Source: a virus. From it: a stretch of DNA of 64,000 nt. The notes under the pieces are model-generated. The model saw only the letters and a list, made by a program, of their open reading frames with translations. It was not told where the DNA came from and did not search any database. Shown piece after piece: positions 36,061-46,504 of this stretch. The DNA is taken from positions 5,347 to 69,346 of IMG/VR virus record IMGVR_UViG_3300010430_000027; one strand, given 5' to 3'. Numbering within the stretch: position 1 is the first letter of the stretch; every line of letters begins with the position of its first letter. A program made the translations under genes and the position numbers.

Positions 36061-37322
36061 TGGCTACCACCGTCGATGGTGTTACAGGGGTAATATCTGT
36101 TCCAAGAGCGGATATGACCCTGATTCAAGCATCTCCAACTGAGATACGTGAATTAAATCTTAATCAGTGGCGCATTGAATTGAGAGACATTGAAGATGAT
36201 GAAAGTATGCGCCCATGGCCCAAGACTCACGACCACAATGCCGATGTAGTAGTCGGCGGCGTGGCTTTGGCTGATGTATTGATAATACTGCCGTACTACA
36301 CAGTTACATTTGAGGACGGTCAGTATGCTGTCAATTTAATAGGACTCAACTCCAATGTTGGAGATAGAGTAAACGTAAATCAAGTCTCCGTTAGAAGTGC
36401 AAATTCAGCCGGTCTCGTAAATTCTCGTGCTATTGAGTCTATAGAGTACAATAATGAAGTTACTATAGATCAATCCAATACGACAGGGAATGCGAAGTCC
36501 GGCTCTATTTCGCCCACAGGCACTTTTCGTGAACCGAGTGATAATGTTGATGATACTTTACTGATAGCCAGTGTTAACGGGTTTAATCAAATAAAGGTCA
36601 TTGAAAATGTTACCTTCGGTACAGGTGATATTATTGATAAATTTAAAGTTATTGGATCGAACATTCAGAGGAGTCTCATCACAGTGGATGCAGGCGCTGA
36701 TTGTCTAGATTGTGAATTCAGCAGTTGTAGATTAACAGGCACTTTGGATGGTGGCTCATTGCTCACTGATTGTGTTATACTAGGTCTAAACTACATAAAC
36801 GGTACTGTGCGTCATTGTCGTTTGGATCCAACCTTAGATATAGTACTAGGAGGTGGTCCCAGTAATCTTGCGTTCTTTGAGTTTTGTAACAGTGGACAAC
36901 CTGGCGTTGACACACCCACAATAGACTGCGGTGGAAATGGTCCCAGTCTGTTTATGGCCAGCTATTCTGGTGGAATAGAGCTAACGAATAAGACCGGTGC
37001 ATCAGCATGCACAATAGGTCTTTCGGAAGGACAAGTAATAATAGATTCAACTTGTACAAATGGCACTATTGTGTGCAGAGGAGATGGTAAAGTCGTAGAT
37101 GAACTCGGCAAACACATGGGAAGTGGCACTTACAATGGAAGTCTTACATTAGTAAATGAATGCATTTACGGTGAGCATATTCACGAGATGTGGCAGAGAA
37201 AAGATTTGGATCCTGATAATCCAAACGTATATGCTGATGATGCTAGTAGTATCGTTAGTCCTAAATTTAGTATCGTCCGTTCCGACAACGGCAACGGCAC
37301 CTTCACAACACAACGGAGCTAA
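36060..37322 (+). CDS. Putative virion protein with beta-helix-like region
   Basis: TAATG coupling; Cys/Gly-periodic central region. Confidence 0.7.
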   Translation: MATTVDGVTGVISVPRADMTLIQASPTEIRELNLNQWRIELRDIEDDESMRPWPKTHDHNADVVVGGVALADVLIILPYYTVTFEDGQYAVNLIGLNSNVGDRVNVNQVSVRSANSAGLVNSRAIESIEYNNEVTIDQSNTTGNAKSGSISPTGTFREPSDNVDDTLLIASVNGFNQIKVIENVTFGTGDIIDKFKVIGSNIQRSLITVDAGADCLDCEFSSCRLTGTLDGGSLLTDCVILGLNYINGTVRHCRLDPTLDIVLGGGPSNLAFFEFCNSGQPGVDTPTIDCGGNGPSLFMASYSGGIELTNKTGASACTIGLSEGQVIIDSTCTNGTIVCRGDGKVVDELGKHMGSGTYNGSLTLVNECIYGEHIHEMWQRKDLDPDNPNVYADDASSIVSPKFSIVRSDNGNGTFTTQRS

Positions 37323-37324
37323 AC

Positions 37325-37801
37325 ATGGCAAATCAAGTCTTTAACATCGCCAAAGGGCATGTTAACGAATACGTAGCAAGGGTTCTCGGAAATGATCCCG
37401 CAGCAGCTACACTGGTGGTTGTTCTTTTTAAGGTATCGGAAGCTGATGCCACACTAATCGACTACGATTTACTTTCAACTCTAATCGCAGGTTCCAATAC
37501 CGAATGTGATTTCGACAACTATACACGAACTCTTCTAACGGATTCAGGTGAAGGTCTGGCGGTTACGGTGGATGATACGAACGATCGCAAAGAAGCCGAC
37601 TTCAATGATATTACGATCACTAGTGCTGGCGGTGGTACCAATAACACTCTCACAAAGGCAGTCATATGCTACGATCCATCATCCTCTGGTGTGACCGATT
37701 CCGTTATGATCCCATTGACTCATCATGATTTCGTAGTAACCACCAACGGTAACGACCTTATTATTCAGGTGGATGCTGCCGGTTTTTACAGAGCTGCATA
37801 A
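37325..37801 (+). CDS. Putative virion structural protein
   Basis: GGAG RBS; beta-rich and acidic. Confidence 0.7.
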   Translation: MANQVFNIAKGHVNEYVARVLGNDPAAATLVVVLFKVSEADATLIDYDLLSTLIAGSNTECDFDNYTRTLLTDSGEGLAVTVDDTNDRKEADFNDITITSAGGGTNNTLTKAVICYDPSSSGVTDSVMIPLTHHDFVVTTNGNDLIIQVDAAGFYRAA

Positions 37802-37803
37802 TC

Positions 37804-38208
37804 ATGGATTACGTAGCTTTGAAAGCTGAGTTGGATGGCGCTCATCCTATAACAGGCGTATATGACGCAAATGATGCGTTGGCAAGAGATGAACTCAATG
37901 CCTTGAACATTGTTCGTATTAAAGCGAACATGACGGGTGCCGAGATAATCGAAGCTACGGATACTGCTGAGTATACTGCTCTATTGGATGATCAAAAGAA
38001 TCGTTTTCTGACTTTCACTTCAGGAAACGAAACCATCAATCCGGAACTGGGTGGTATCGCTCAAGAGATACTGGTTGACGTATTCGGTGGTGGTTCAAAC
38101 ACAATTGTCGCCCTGGGTGCACTCCGTAATGAGACGGTCAGTAGAGCTTCTGATATCGGTTTGGGGCCGGTCAATCTGGGTGACGTACAAAACGCGAGGG
38201 CCCTATAA
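37804..38208 (+). CDS. Hypothetical protein
   Basis: 134-aa ORF tightly packed in the operon. Confidence 0.7.
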   Translation: MDYVALKAELDGAHPITGVYDANDALARDELNALNIVRIKANMTGAEIIEATDTAEYTALLDDQKNRFLTFTSGNETINPELGGIAQEILVDVFGGGSNTIVALGALRNETVSRASDIGLGPVNLGDVQNARAL

Positions 38209-38669
38209 TGGTTGATAGTGTAAACAGCGGATATAAGTCCGCACTGCAAGCTGTTGTCTTCAGCGGTACTCAGACGTTCGCTTCTTTGACTGACGATGAA
38301 TGGACAAGTCTTTCGGATGAAATCGACAACAGTCTCAATAAATATCTCTTTATGGACCTTCGAATTGAGTTGGGTTCTGCTGCATTCACGGGTACAGATT
38401 CTGCGATCGAGGTGTATCTTCTGATTTCCATTGATGACAGTAACTATCCAGATTGGACAGACAATGTCACCACGGAAGAGCAGGAGAACAATCAGCACTT
38501 TATTGGAGCCGTCACGACCAGTGCCACTACAGCTGCTCAAGATCTTGTTATACGTAATGTGACTATGCCTCCTGGTAAGTTCAAGTTCGGTATAAGGAAT
38601 CGCAGTAATGTGACTCTTAACGCTACCAATACATTGAGTTGGCGTCCATGGCAGTACGCGAGTCAGTAA
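38208..38669 (+). CDS. Hypothetical beta-sandwich protein
   Basis: TAATG coupling. Confidence 0.7.
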   Translation: MVDSVNSGYKSALQAVVFSGTQTFASLTDDEWTSLSDEIDNSLNKYLFMDLRIELGSAAFTGTDSAIEVYLLISIDDSNYPDWTDNVTTEEQENNQHFIGAVTTSATTAAQDLVIRNVTMPPGKFKFGIRNRSNVTLNATNTLSWRPWQYASQ

Positions 38670-38670
38670 T

Positions 38671-39447
38671 ATGTCTCAGGATGGCGTGGGAATACCCAAT
38701 GGGAGATTGTTGACTCCGCAACTATTGGTACCTAACGTAAAGCCGACGTTTCCCGTTGCTGTGGATTGGTCTCATATTTTGGCTAGAGGCCTGCAATCAT
38801 TCATGTTGTTCAATGAGAATGGTTATAAGGACCTTGTCACTGGCAAGGTTAGAGGCCAAGAAGATGATATAACAGGTACCCCTGAATATAGTATTACTGG
38901 TGGTGAGAGTGGTTATGCTACTAAATCAGTAGTAGATGAGGATGGTATTTCTTTTGATGTAGGAGCCTCTGCTTCTGATTCTGAAACACTGTTCACAAGA
39001 ATAAAACCGGCTTTCGGTTCTTTATTCCAACGAGCCGTGTCTCTCGGAGACCCTAGTGCGGTTGCCAGTTCCACCTTGGTTATTTATTTAGGCAAGCCGA
39101 GATTTCAAAGACAAGACGATGTAGGTACAGATAAAGTCACAATATCTGGAGGCAGCTACATAGATGATGAATGGTTAAATATGTGTGGTGGCTATGATGG
39201 AGGTGTGCACCATTGGCTTGCTCACATGTCACGAAGACGCACTTGGCATGGTACGAGTGACAGTTCTGCTTATGGTGGGCAACCCACTTTGAGTAGATAC
39301 TCCATCGGAGGTAGATTCGCAAACGGTAGTTGGGGCGACATGTTTGCGGGTAATATAAGTATCACTGCTTACTGGAACAGATCACTATCGCTTCCTGAGG
39401 CATTTAGTATGAACAAAGATCCCTATCAATTCTTGGCTATGGTATAG
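38671..39447 (+). CDS. LamG/ConA-like lectin-domain protein
   Basis: VDWSH.LARGL...W..MCGGYDG...YSIGG...FAGNI...YWNRSLS...DPYQFL. Confidence 0.7.
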   Translation: MSQDGVGIPNGRLLTPQLLVPNVKPTFPVAVDWSHILARGLQSFMLFNENGYKDLVTGKVRGQEDDITGTPEYSITGGESGYATKSVVDEDGISFDVGASASDSETLFTRIKPAFGSLFQRAVSLGDPSAVASSTLVIYLGKPRFQRQDDVGTDKVTISGGSYIDDEWLNMCGGYDGGVHHWLAHMSRRRTWHGTSDSSAYGGQPTLSRYSIGGRFANGSWGDMFAGNISITAYWNRSLSLPEAFSMNKDPYQFLAMV

Positions 39448-39455
39448 GAGGCGCT

Positions 39456-41876
39456 ATGATCATACTTCCCGGCTACTCCGGAAATAGAGCCCATCTCAGT
39501 CACAGTCAGATAACACCCGAATATAAAGCGGCCGATCAGGGGCCACTTGAAGTGAATTGGGCGCACCCAATGTCCAAGAACCTGTATGCATATCTTCCTT
39601 TGACATCCAGACAAAATCGACAGGAATTGGTTCAGAATGTTCCATTTGTTCATGATCACAACCCTGTGCAGGACTCTGGTTTTCGAAACTTTCACGGTAG
39701 AGATTGCAAGTTTCAAACAAATACCAGTCTCGGTGCTCAGGGGCAGCATATGTCACCGCTTCGAAAGTTGTACAATACAGATACGCGAGATATTACCATG
39801 TCTGCTTGGATATATCCTGACCCCATACCAGGTTATCGTATCACCCACTGCATTGGTGGTTGGGGCGGGCGGACCACCGTTGGACAGTGTTATCTTGAAA
39901 TAACTGGTCTCACTCCCACCGTCACAGGAATTGGGGTCAAACTGCGATTGCCCGGTGTACAATCGCGTTACGCACTCTGGGTTATCGGGGCTGTTCCGAA
40001 GAGGTGGATACATGTTTGCGCAACCATTGTCAGGAGAGTCGCTGATGGTGACATACGTCTTTATATTGATGGTATATTCATGAATAGCCTCCTTGGGGAT
40101 TTACAGGTAAACAATTCTGATACGCAATCCACAGTTCCTTATCTGCACGTTGGATCCAGGGCCACAAACGCCGTAGACGGTTGGACAGATACTCCAATCC
40201 ATGTGTTCCGTGGCGGTATATCAGATTTCACTATATGGCGTAGGGCATTGGGATCCGGAGAGGTGAAGAGTTTACATGATAACTCAAGGCAATTCACGAA
40301 AAGTCTCTTTTCAAATATAGCTTTCAGCAATCCTGCAGCAACAGCCGGTATCTACATGCCGAACAGTGGGCTGGAGGCACCTGTAGTGTCTGTGTCGAAG
40401 ATCAAGCCGAAAAGAGATGCTGAAATCGATCGTAATAATCCAATCAGCAAGGGTCTCGTCAGCTGTATGCTATTTAACAATTATGGTAATAAGCGACTGG
40501 TCAAAGATCTTGTCAATGACGTTGTTCATCCCATTGTCGGTTCTGATGGTGACATCACTTGGTCAACTCATGATAATGATACTTGGTTGAAGCTCGACGG
40601 TTCGGGTACGTGGGCGGGTGCCAATATTGCTGACGACGATGATTTGGGTATAATGTCTGTTACAATGAAAGTGATACTACCGTCGTCCGGTTATAGTTCA
40701 TTTGCCAGTCTGTTCAGCAGTGGCTCAACAGAGATGGTGCTTTATAGAAATGGCAATGACAATAGGTGGCATTTGTCAATAGGCGGTACTGTCCTGGCAA
40801 ATTGGACTACCGTCACGGACATTTGGGACGACGGCGTACACATGATGACTGTAATATATGACGTAAACACTGATGACGCAGAATTGTGGATAGACGGTGT
40901 TTTGGAATCAGATCCTCCAACTCTTTCGGCAACAGACACTCCAGTTTTTACTTCTTTTAAATGGGGAGAGAGTCTGTCATTTCCCGCCAATGCTGAATTC
41001 TCTTGTGGCTATGTACATAAGAGATGGCTCGGTTCTGCTGAAATTATGTCGTTACACAAAGACCCTTTTCAAATAGTCAAAGAAAAGACGTCACCCGTAT
41101 TACGCATTCAAGACAAAGAGAATGCCAAAGCCGGATTCCTCATTCCGGAAGCCAAGGTGGAAATGCCCACATTGTTCATACCTAAGAGTAAGCCCACTGG
41201 ACCGGTAAAGATCGATTGGGGCAACCCACTCACTGAAGGTTTGAAGCATTACAGTATTTATACACCTTTGCAAACCGCGTGCCTTGTCACCGGCAATCCC
41301 ATGGAAATTGAATTCTCAACTTCAGATGAGCAAGTGTGGAGAGTTAGACAGGGTATCATGGGAAGAGGAAATAATGCCACTACTGGCCAGTCTTCAGGGC
41401 ATGCTTTGAATGAACAGTTGTCCACCTTCACATGGCTCGCTCAAGCGTGGCCTGGGCTCCTTTTCAATGCCAGATCTATACTTGGTGTGACCACCGGCGG
41501 TGCAGACGCTTTCAATGATCAGCACCCCATGTGTTTCAGGCATGGTGATATTTTTGCGTTGCGCCAAACCACAAGCCTAATTCAACAAGCCAGCGCCGCT
41601 GACATAGTTCCTTCTACTGCGCCTCAAATCTTTGGAGCCGACTGTACTGATGGAGTATATGATAAGGGTTGGTTGAACGGCATAGTCGATGTAACATTTA
41701 CGGCCACGAACAATGCCAACATGACTATGGATTATATGGTACAAGGCGTTGATTACACAGCTGGTTTGGACATAGCGACAACGACACATTGGACGGCGGC
41801 ATGGGATCGTGTACTCACATCCTCAGAGCATTTAACCATATCTAAGGATCCTTATCAATTTCTAATTCCGGAGTAA
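39456..41876 (+). CDS. Protein with three tandem LamG/ConA-like modules
   Basis: ITMSAWIYP, WIHVCAT, LYIDG, FRGGISDFTIWRRAL; three modules ending DNSRQF, DPFQI and DPYQFL. Confidence 0.75.
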   Translation: MIILPGYSGNRAHLSHSQITPEYKAADQGPLEVNWAHPMSKNLYAYLPLTSRQNRQELVQNVPFVHDHNPVQDSGFRNFHGRDCKFQTNTSLGAQGQHMSPLRKLYNTDTRDITMSAWIYPDPIPGYRITHCIGGWGGRTTVGQCYLEITGLTPTVTGIGVKLRLPGVQSRYALWVIGAVPKRWIHVCATIVRRVADGDIRLYIDGIFMNSLLGDLQVNNSDTQSTVPYLHVGSRATNAVDGWTDTPIHVFRGGISDFTIWRRALGSGEVKSLHDNSRQFTKSLFSNIAFSNPAATAGIYMPNSGLEAPVVSVSKIKPKRDAEIDRNNPISKGLVSCMLFNNYGNKRLVKDLVNDVVHPIVGSDGDITWSTHDNDTWLKLDGSGTWAGANIADDDDLGIMSVTMKVILPSSGYSSFASLFSSGSTEMVLYRNGNDNRWHLSIGGTVLANWTTVTDIWDDGVHMMTVIYDVNTDDAELWIDGVLESDPPTLSATDTPVFTSFKWGESLSFPANAEFSCGYVHKRWLGSAEIMSLHKDPFQIVKEKTSPVLRIQDKENAKAGFLIPEAKVEMPTLFIPKSKPTGPVKIDWGNPLTEGLKHYSIYTPLQTACLVTGNPMEIEFSTSDEQVWRVRQGIMGRGNNATTGQSSGHALNEQLSTFTWLAQAWPGLLFNARSILGVTTGGADAFNDQHPMCFRHGDIFALRQTTSLIQQASAADIVPSTAPQIFGADCTDGVYDKGWLNGIVDVTFTATNNANMTMDYMVQGVDYTAGLDIATTTHWTAAWDRVLTSSEHLTISKDPYQFLIPE

Positions 41877-41879
41877 TTA

Positions 41880-44318
41880 ATGTCTAAGATCTCCAGAATA
41901 TTTGTCGGCAATGTTCCACCACCTACTCCTTCGACGTATGCCCAGACGATTAATTTGTGGATGGCCGTAGATGAAGTAGATACAGCATCTTTTTTAGCTC
42001 CCTCTGTCTATCTATTGCAGGCACTCGAAACCGATACGGTGTTTACCTTAACGCCGATCACACCCGTTACGGGGACGTTGACACAAGCCGTAGAGACTGA
42101 TACGGCGTTCTCACTACCGCTCAATGCTTCTTTCTTACAAGCCGTTGAGACCGACACTGCGCTCGTACTATATGAACCTGAAACGTTGTTGCAGGCACTC
42201 GAAACCGATACGGCGTTCTCGTTACCTCTCAATGCTTCTTTCTTGCAAGCCGTTGAGACTGACACTGCATTTGTAATTGAAGGTTCCCTGGATATATCCG
42301 GTACCATCGGCATTGCGATAGACACTGAAAGTGGCTTAACACTGTATGAGCCGGAGACCATAGGCCAAGCACTCGAAACGGACACTGCGAATGTTCTATA
42401 CGAGCCTGAGACCATCGGTCAATCACTGGAAACCGATACAGTATTCGCATTAACACCTATAGCCGTTGTTGTGGGTACATTGGTCCAGGCGCTTGAAACA
42501 GATACCGCCAACATTATCTACACCCCAGAGACCATAGCTCAGGCGTTAGAAACTGATACTGCCATATCGTTGGCTTTGAATGCTTCAATACTGTTTGCAC
42601 CAGAAACCGATACAGCGTTACCCATACTCGGTTCATTGGACATTTCCGGTACTCTTGGGATAGCAATAGACACTGAAAGTGGTTTGGTTCTATATGAGCC
42701 GAATACTATAGGCCAAGTATTAGAAACAGATACAGTTGGGATAGTATACGCTCCAGAGACAATCTTACAAGCCCTGGAAACGGATACGGCTTTCATAGTA
42801 ACTCCTGTGGTTTCTGTGATAGGTACGTTGGTACAAGCCGTTGAGACGGATACAGCCAACTTATTATATTCTCCAGAGACCATAGCCCAAGCTCTTGAGA
42901 CTGACACCGCGTTCTCACTGCCGCTCAATGCTTCTATCTTGTATGCGTTGGAGACTGATACTGCATTACCGGTAACAGGTTCACTGGATATTTCTGGTAC
43001 CCTTGGTATTGCGATAGACACTGAAAGTGGCCTGCTCATTTTCAGTCCAGAAGAAATAGTGCAAGCGCTTGAGACAGATACCGGCTTTGTGTTGACGCCT
43101 TTGGCTGAAGTTACAGGGACACTTGTTCAAGCAATAGAGACGGATACAGCCAATTCACTGTATGAGCCTGAGACAATAGTACAGGCTTCGGAAACTGATA
43201 CTGCGACCATTTTAGAACCCATTTCAGACGTTGTGGGCATAGTAGTACAAGCCCTAGAAACGGACACTTCTGGTGAGATATCTGCTCCTGAGACAATTGG
43301 GCAGGCCTTGGAGACAGACATAGCGCTGCCAATACTTGGCTCATTGGATATTTCTGGAACACTCGGTGTAGCAATTGACAACGAGAGTGGTCTACCAATT
43401 ACGGGTTCGGTTGCCGTAGTGGGTACTACCGTTCAAGCAACAGAAACGGACACAGGTATTGAGCTTGTTCCTAAAACGGCTCTTTCGGTCGTGGTTGGAC
43501 AAGCGCTTGAGACCGATTCAGCTCTAACAGTATATGCACCGGAAACCATTCTTCAGGTAGTCGAGACAGATACAGCAGGTTTGTTGTACGGTTCAGAGAC
43601 ACTGGGTCAAGCCACTGAGACCGATCTCTCAGGAATAATGGTTCCAAGGATAGCCATAAGCGCTATTCTTCCTCAAGCCATTGAGACTGACACTGCTCAA
43701 GCCTTTACCGGAATCATTCTCGTAAAAGGTTTGCTGAGCACCGCTTCTGAAAACGATACTTCTCAAATATTGGTTCCGGTCACTGACGTTACAGGTTCCT
43801 TGGACTTAGCTGAAGAGACAGACAGCGCTTTGAACGTGACAGGCTCGTTGGCCATTGCGGGTCTGCTCCAGATTGCATCCGAGTCGGACACCGTGCAGCC
43901 GCTCTCAGGCGTTTTCGCGGTCTCCGTGGGTCTGGGCACCGAAACGGAAACGGCCCAGACGTTCACACCTGTGACTGCGGCAACGAGCACTATCCTTACT
44001 GCCGTTGAGAACGATACGGCCATAAACCTATCTTCACCCTCACAAAACATATCGGCTACAGTGGGTGCCATAACGGGTGGTCAAAGTCTAACGAATCTTA
44101 CTTACTGTGTATTTGATTCTTATGATCTATCGACCGCAAATATTGTTAAACAGGGTATAGGCGAAACTACAGATGGTAGTGGCAATCTTGTGGTAGACTT
44201 AAATGGAACTGGGTTATCACAAAGTGCACCGGTTACTATTGTTATAACAAATTATACAACAACACCGATCGGTAGCAGTCGCGCTGCCGTTTGTTTCACA
44301 ACCGTCTTGGTGGCTTAA
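41880..44318 (+). CDS. Highly repetitive acidic protein (QA[LV]ETDTA repeats), probable fibre/stalk
   Basis: Dozens of [QI]A.ETD[TS] repeats at ~16-22 aa spacing; very few basic residues. Confidence 0.85.
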   Translation: MSKISRIFVGNVPPPTPSTYAQTINLWMAVDEVDTASFLAPSVYLLQALETDTVFTLTPITPVTGTLTQAVETDTAFSLPLNASFLQAVETDTALVLYEPETLLQALETDTAFSLPLNASFLQAVETDTAFVIEGSLDISGTIGIAIDTESGLTLYEPETIGQALETDTANVLYEPETIGQSLETDTVFALTPIAVVVGTLVQALETDTANIIYTPETIAQALETDTAISLALNASILFAPETDTALPILGSLDISGTLGIAIDTESGLVLYEPNTIGQVLETDTVGIVYAPETILQALETDTAFIVTPVVSVIGTLVQAVETDTANLLYSPETIAQALETDTAFSLPLNASILYALETDTALPVTGSLDISGTLGIAIDTESGLLIFSPEEIVQALETDTGFVLTPLAEVTGTLVQAIETDTANSLYEPETIVQASETDTATILEPISDVVGIVVQALETDTSGEISAPETIGQALETDIALPILGSLDISGTLGVAIDNESGLPITGSVAVVGTTVQATETDTGIELVPKTALSVVVGQALETDSALTVYAPETILQVVETDTAGLLYGSETLGQATETDLSGIMVPRIAISAILPQAIETDTAQAFTGIILVKGLLSTASENDTSQILVPVTDVTGSLDLAEETDSALNVTGSLAIAGLLQIASESDTVQPLSGVFAVSVGLGTETETAQTFTPVTAATSTILTAVENDTAINLSSPSQNISATVGAITGGQSLTNLTYCVFDSYDLSTANIVKQGIGETTDGSGNLVVDLNGTGLSQSAPVTIVITNYTTTPIGSSRAAVCFTTVLVA

Positions 44319-44554
44319 TGTTACTAAATACTTGGGATAAACTCAACTCTTGGAAAGAAACCATCTTTACCGGTGGTGGAGGTTTTTGGGGTGAGAATAC
44401 TGGGTGGCCTAACAGTTGTGGTATAGAATTGTTTACAGATGGTTGGATACAATGTGGACAACAGACGCCTGGATTTATTTCAGAGCCAATTGAAAGAAGG
44501 GTGAACTTTTCTAGAATAAGAGCATTCCTGAAAAGACCCCGACTTAAACTTTAA
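44318..44554 (+). CDS. Hypothetical protein
   Basis: TAATG coupling at 44318; Trp/Gly-rich. Confidence 0.5.
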   Translation: MLLNTWDKLNSWKETIFTGGGGFWGENTGWPNSCGIELFTDGWIQCGQQTPGFISEPIERRVNFSRIRAFLKRPRLKL

Positions 44555-44565
44555 AAGAGGTTAAT

Positions 44566-44934
44566 ATGAACGATGTAGCAGAAAAAGAAACTCCTGTAGT
44601 TAAGGTTGAACCTGCCAAGGCAGCTCCTGCTCCTGCGGCTATTGCTCCCAAGGCTGAATCTATGTCTCCACCAGTACCTAAAGAATCAGCATTGGAAAGG
44701 ACATTGAAATCGAGTGTGGCAGCGAAGGATGAGGATGTATCCACTCACGTGAATCTTGCAGTACCGACGCCTGGTCTTATCAAAAAAGGTAAGGCTCGTG
44801 ATTTTGAGGGCAAAGACTTGATTCCTTCCAACTGGGTTATTCAGACTCACGGAAACGGTATTATCGCTAGAAGCGTTACTAATAACGTTTTTGAAGGAAG
44901 TCGTACCGAGTTTAACAAGAAGCTTAGGGGTTAA
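44566..44934 (+). CDS. Hypothetical protein
   Basis: GAGG RBS; Pro/Ala-rich N-terminus. Confidence 0.65.
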   Translation: MNDVAEKETPVVKVEPAKAAPAPAAIAPKAESMSPPVPKESALERTLKSSVAAKDEDVSTHVNLAVPTPGLIKKGKARDFEGKDLIPSNWVIQTHGNGIIARSVTNNVFEGSRTEFNKKLRG

Positions 44935-44938
44935 TTAA

Positions 44939-46504
44939 ATGGGTGTCGCAAACGCTGCGGACAAGACTAAGATAGTCGCGGATCCGAATGCAGAATACGA
45001 GTCTATGAAAGACATATGGCAAAGAAGCCGCGCTGTCTGTAGTGGTGAGCGATACGTGAAGAACTTAGATTACTATATAGATGTCCACTACTATACAAAT
45101 CTATTAATCCCTTTTTCGCCATCCATGTCAGATGCTCAGTATGCATTCTATAAAGCTGAGGCAGAGTTGCCAGGGATTGTGTCGCAATTCGCAAGGATGC
45201 TTGTCGGTGGTTTATTAAGGAAAGAACCTTTATTGGAATTACCTGATAGTGTTCCAGAAGGTACAATGGACTGGATAATGAATAATTTCACTCAGGACAA
45301 CTCCACCATAACTTCCTTTTTGGATGTGGGGTTGTGGGAAGAGATGCAGACCAGTCGTGCTTGGGTGTACGTTGACCATCCTGTATTGACAGATGAAGAA
45401 GCTGGTACGATAAGTCAAGAAGAGATGTTTGAAAGGGCTCCTTATCCTGTTCTTTGGAAGGCAGAGAATATTATTAATTGGAAGACTAAGACAGACGTAA
45501 AGGGTAATTCCATTCTTGAGCAGTTGATTGTGAAAGGGACAGTGGCAAGATATCCTGAAGATAATGAATTCCATCCAAACTACATAAGTACTGTATTTGT
45601 ACATGAGCTGGTTGGGGGTCTTTATCAGATCAGAGTATTTGAGAAAGTTGTGGAAGAGAGTAAAGTTCCTATGGTCAGTGGAACAAAGTTCGAAGACAAT
45701 TCGAAGACTATGGATAAGTACGTACTCACTGAAACTAAGACCAATATATTTGCCAATAATGAGCGTCTTACTATAATACCTGCATGGCCTCTAAACGGTA
45801 GTATCTCCATAACAGAGCCGATACTTTCTCCGATTATCGATAAAGAGGTTGCCTTATATAATAAGTTGAGTAGACGTAATCACCTGTTGTATGGTGCTTC
45901 TACATATACTCCCATAATACAATCAGATATGTCTCCTGAAGATTTCAAGAAAATCGTGGATGCTGGTCTTGGGACATGGTTGCATCTGGGTGTAGATGAC
46001 AAGGCCACTGTGTTGGAAACTCCCACAGCAGCTTTGAAAGACATGGAAACGGCCATAGCCAGTGCCATTGAAGAGATGGCTAAGTTGGGTATACGCATGT
46101 TGTCTCCTGAGAGTGCTCAATCTGGTGTTGCTTTGGAAATACGTAATGCGGCGCAAAATGCACAATTGGGCTCTTTGAATAATAAGATTAGTATGATAAT
46201 GTCTAAGGTCATTGCATTCATGATCGAATGGCGCACAGGTGAACAGATTAAAGATTCAGAAGTGAAGTTCATGTTATCAGCAGATTTCAACCCAATACCC
46301 TTGGGTGCTGATTGGCTAAGATTGGCCACTGAGTGGTATGAGACAGGGCTGATCCCACGTTCTATTTGGTTGCAAATTCTCAAGCAGAATGATATGATCG
46401 CTCCTGATTACGATGACGAAGAAGGTGTCAAGGAAATTGATGAAGACGAACTCATAAACAAGGAAGAAGAGGAAGATCCTGAGTTCTTTGAAAATGTCAA
46501 ATGA
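44939..46504 (+). CDS. Portal protein (DUF4055-like)
   Basis: 521 aa immediately before the MuF gene; Y..Y..AE..GIV, WVYVDHP, PYPVLWKAENIINW, SGVALEIR, acidic C-terminus. Confidence 0.85.
   Translation: MGVANAADKTKIVADPNAEYESMKDIWQRSRAVCSGERYVKNLDYYIDVHYYTNLLIPFSPSMSDAQYAFYKAEAELPGIVSQFARMLVGGLLRKEPLLELPDSVPEGTMDWIMNNFTQDNSTITSFLDVGLWEEMQTSRAWVYVDHPVLTDEEAGTISQEEMFERAPYPVLWKAENIINWKTKTDVKGNSILEQLIVKGTVARYPEDNEFHPNYISTVFVHELVGGLYQIRVFEKVVEESKVPMVSGTKFEDNSKTMDKYVLTETKTNIFANNERLTIIPAWPLNGSISITEPILSPIIDKEVALYNKLSRRNHLLYGASTYTPIIQSDMSPEDFKKIVDAGLGTWLHLGVDDKATVLETPTAALKDMETAIASAIEEMAKLGIRMLSPESAQSGVALEIRNAAQNAQLGSLNNKISMIMSKVIAFMIEWRTGEQIKDSEVKFMLSADFNPIPLGADWLRLATEWYETGLIPRSIWLQILKQNDMIAPDYDDEEGVKEIDEDELINKEEEEDPEFFENVK

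Noticed and set aside
44928-44946. Reverse-orientation partial match (14/19) to the 19-bp motif
   Set aside because: It is degenerate, inverted, and coincides with a stop codon, the RBS region and the portal ATG, so chance is likely.
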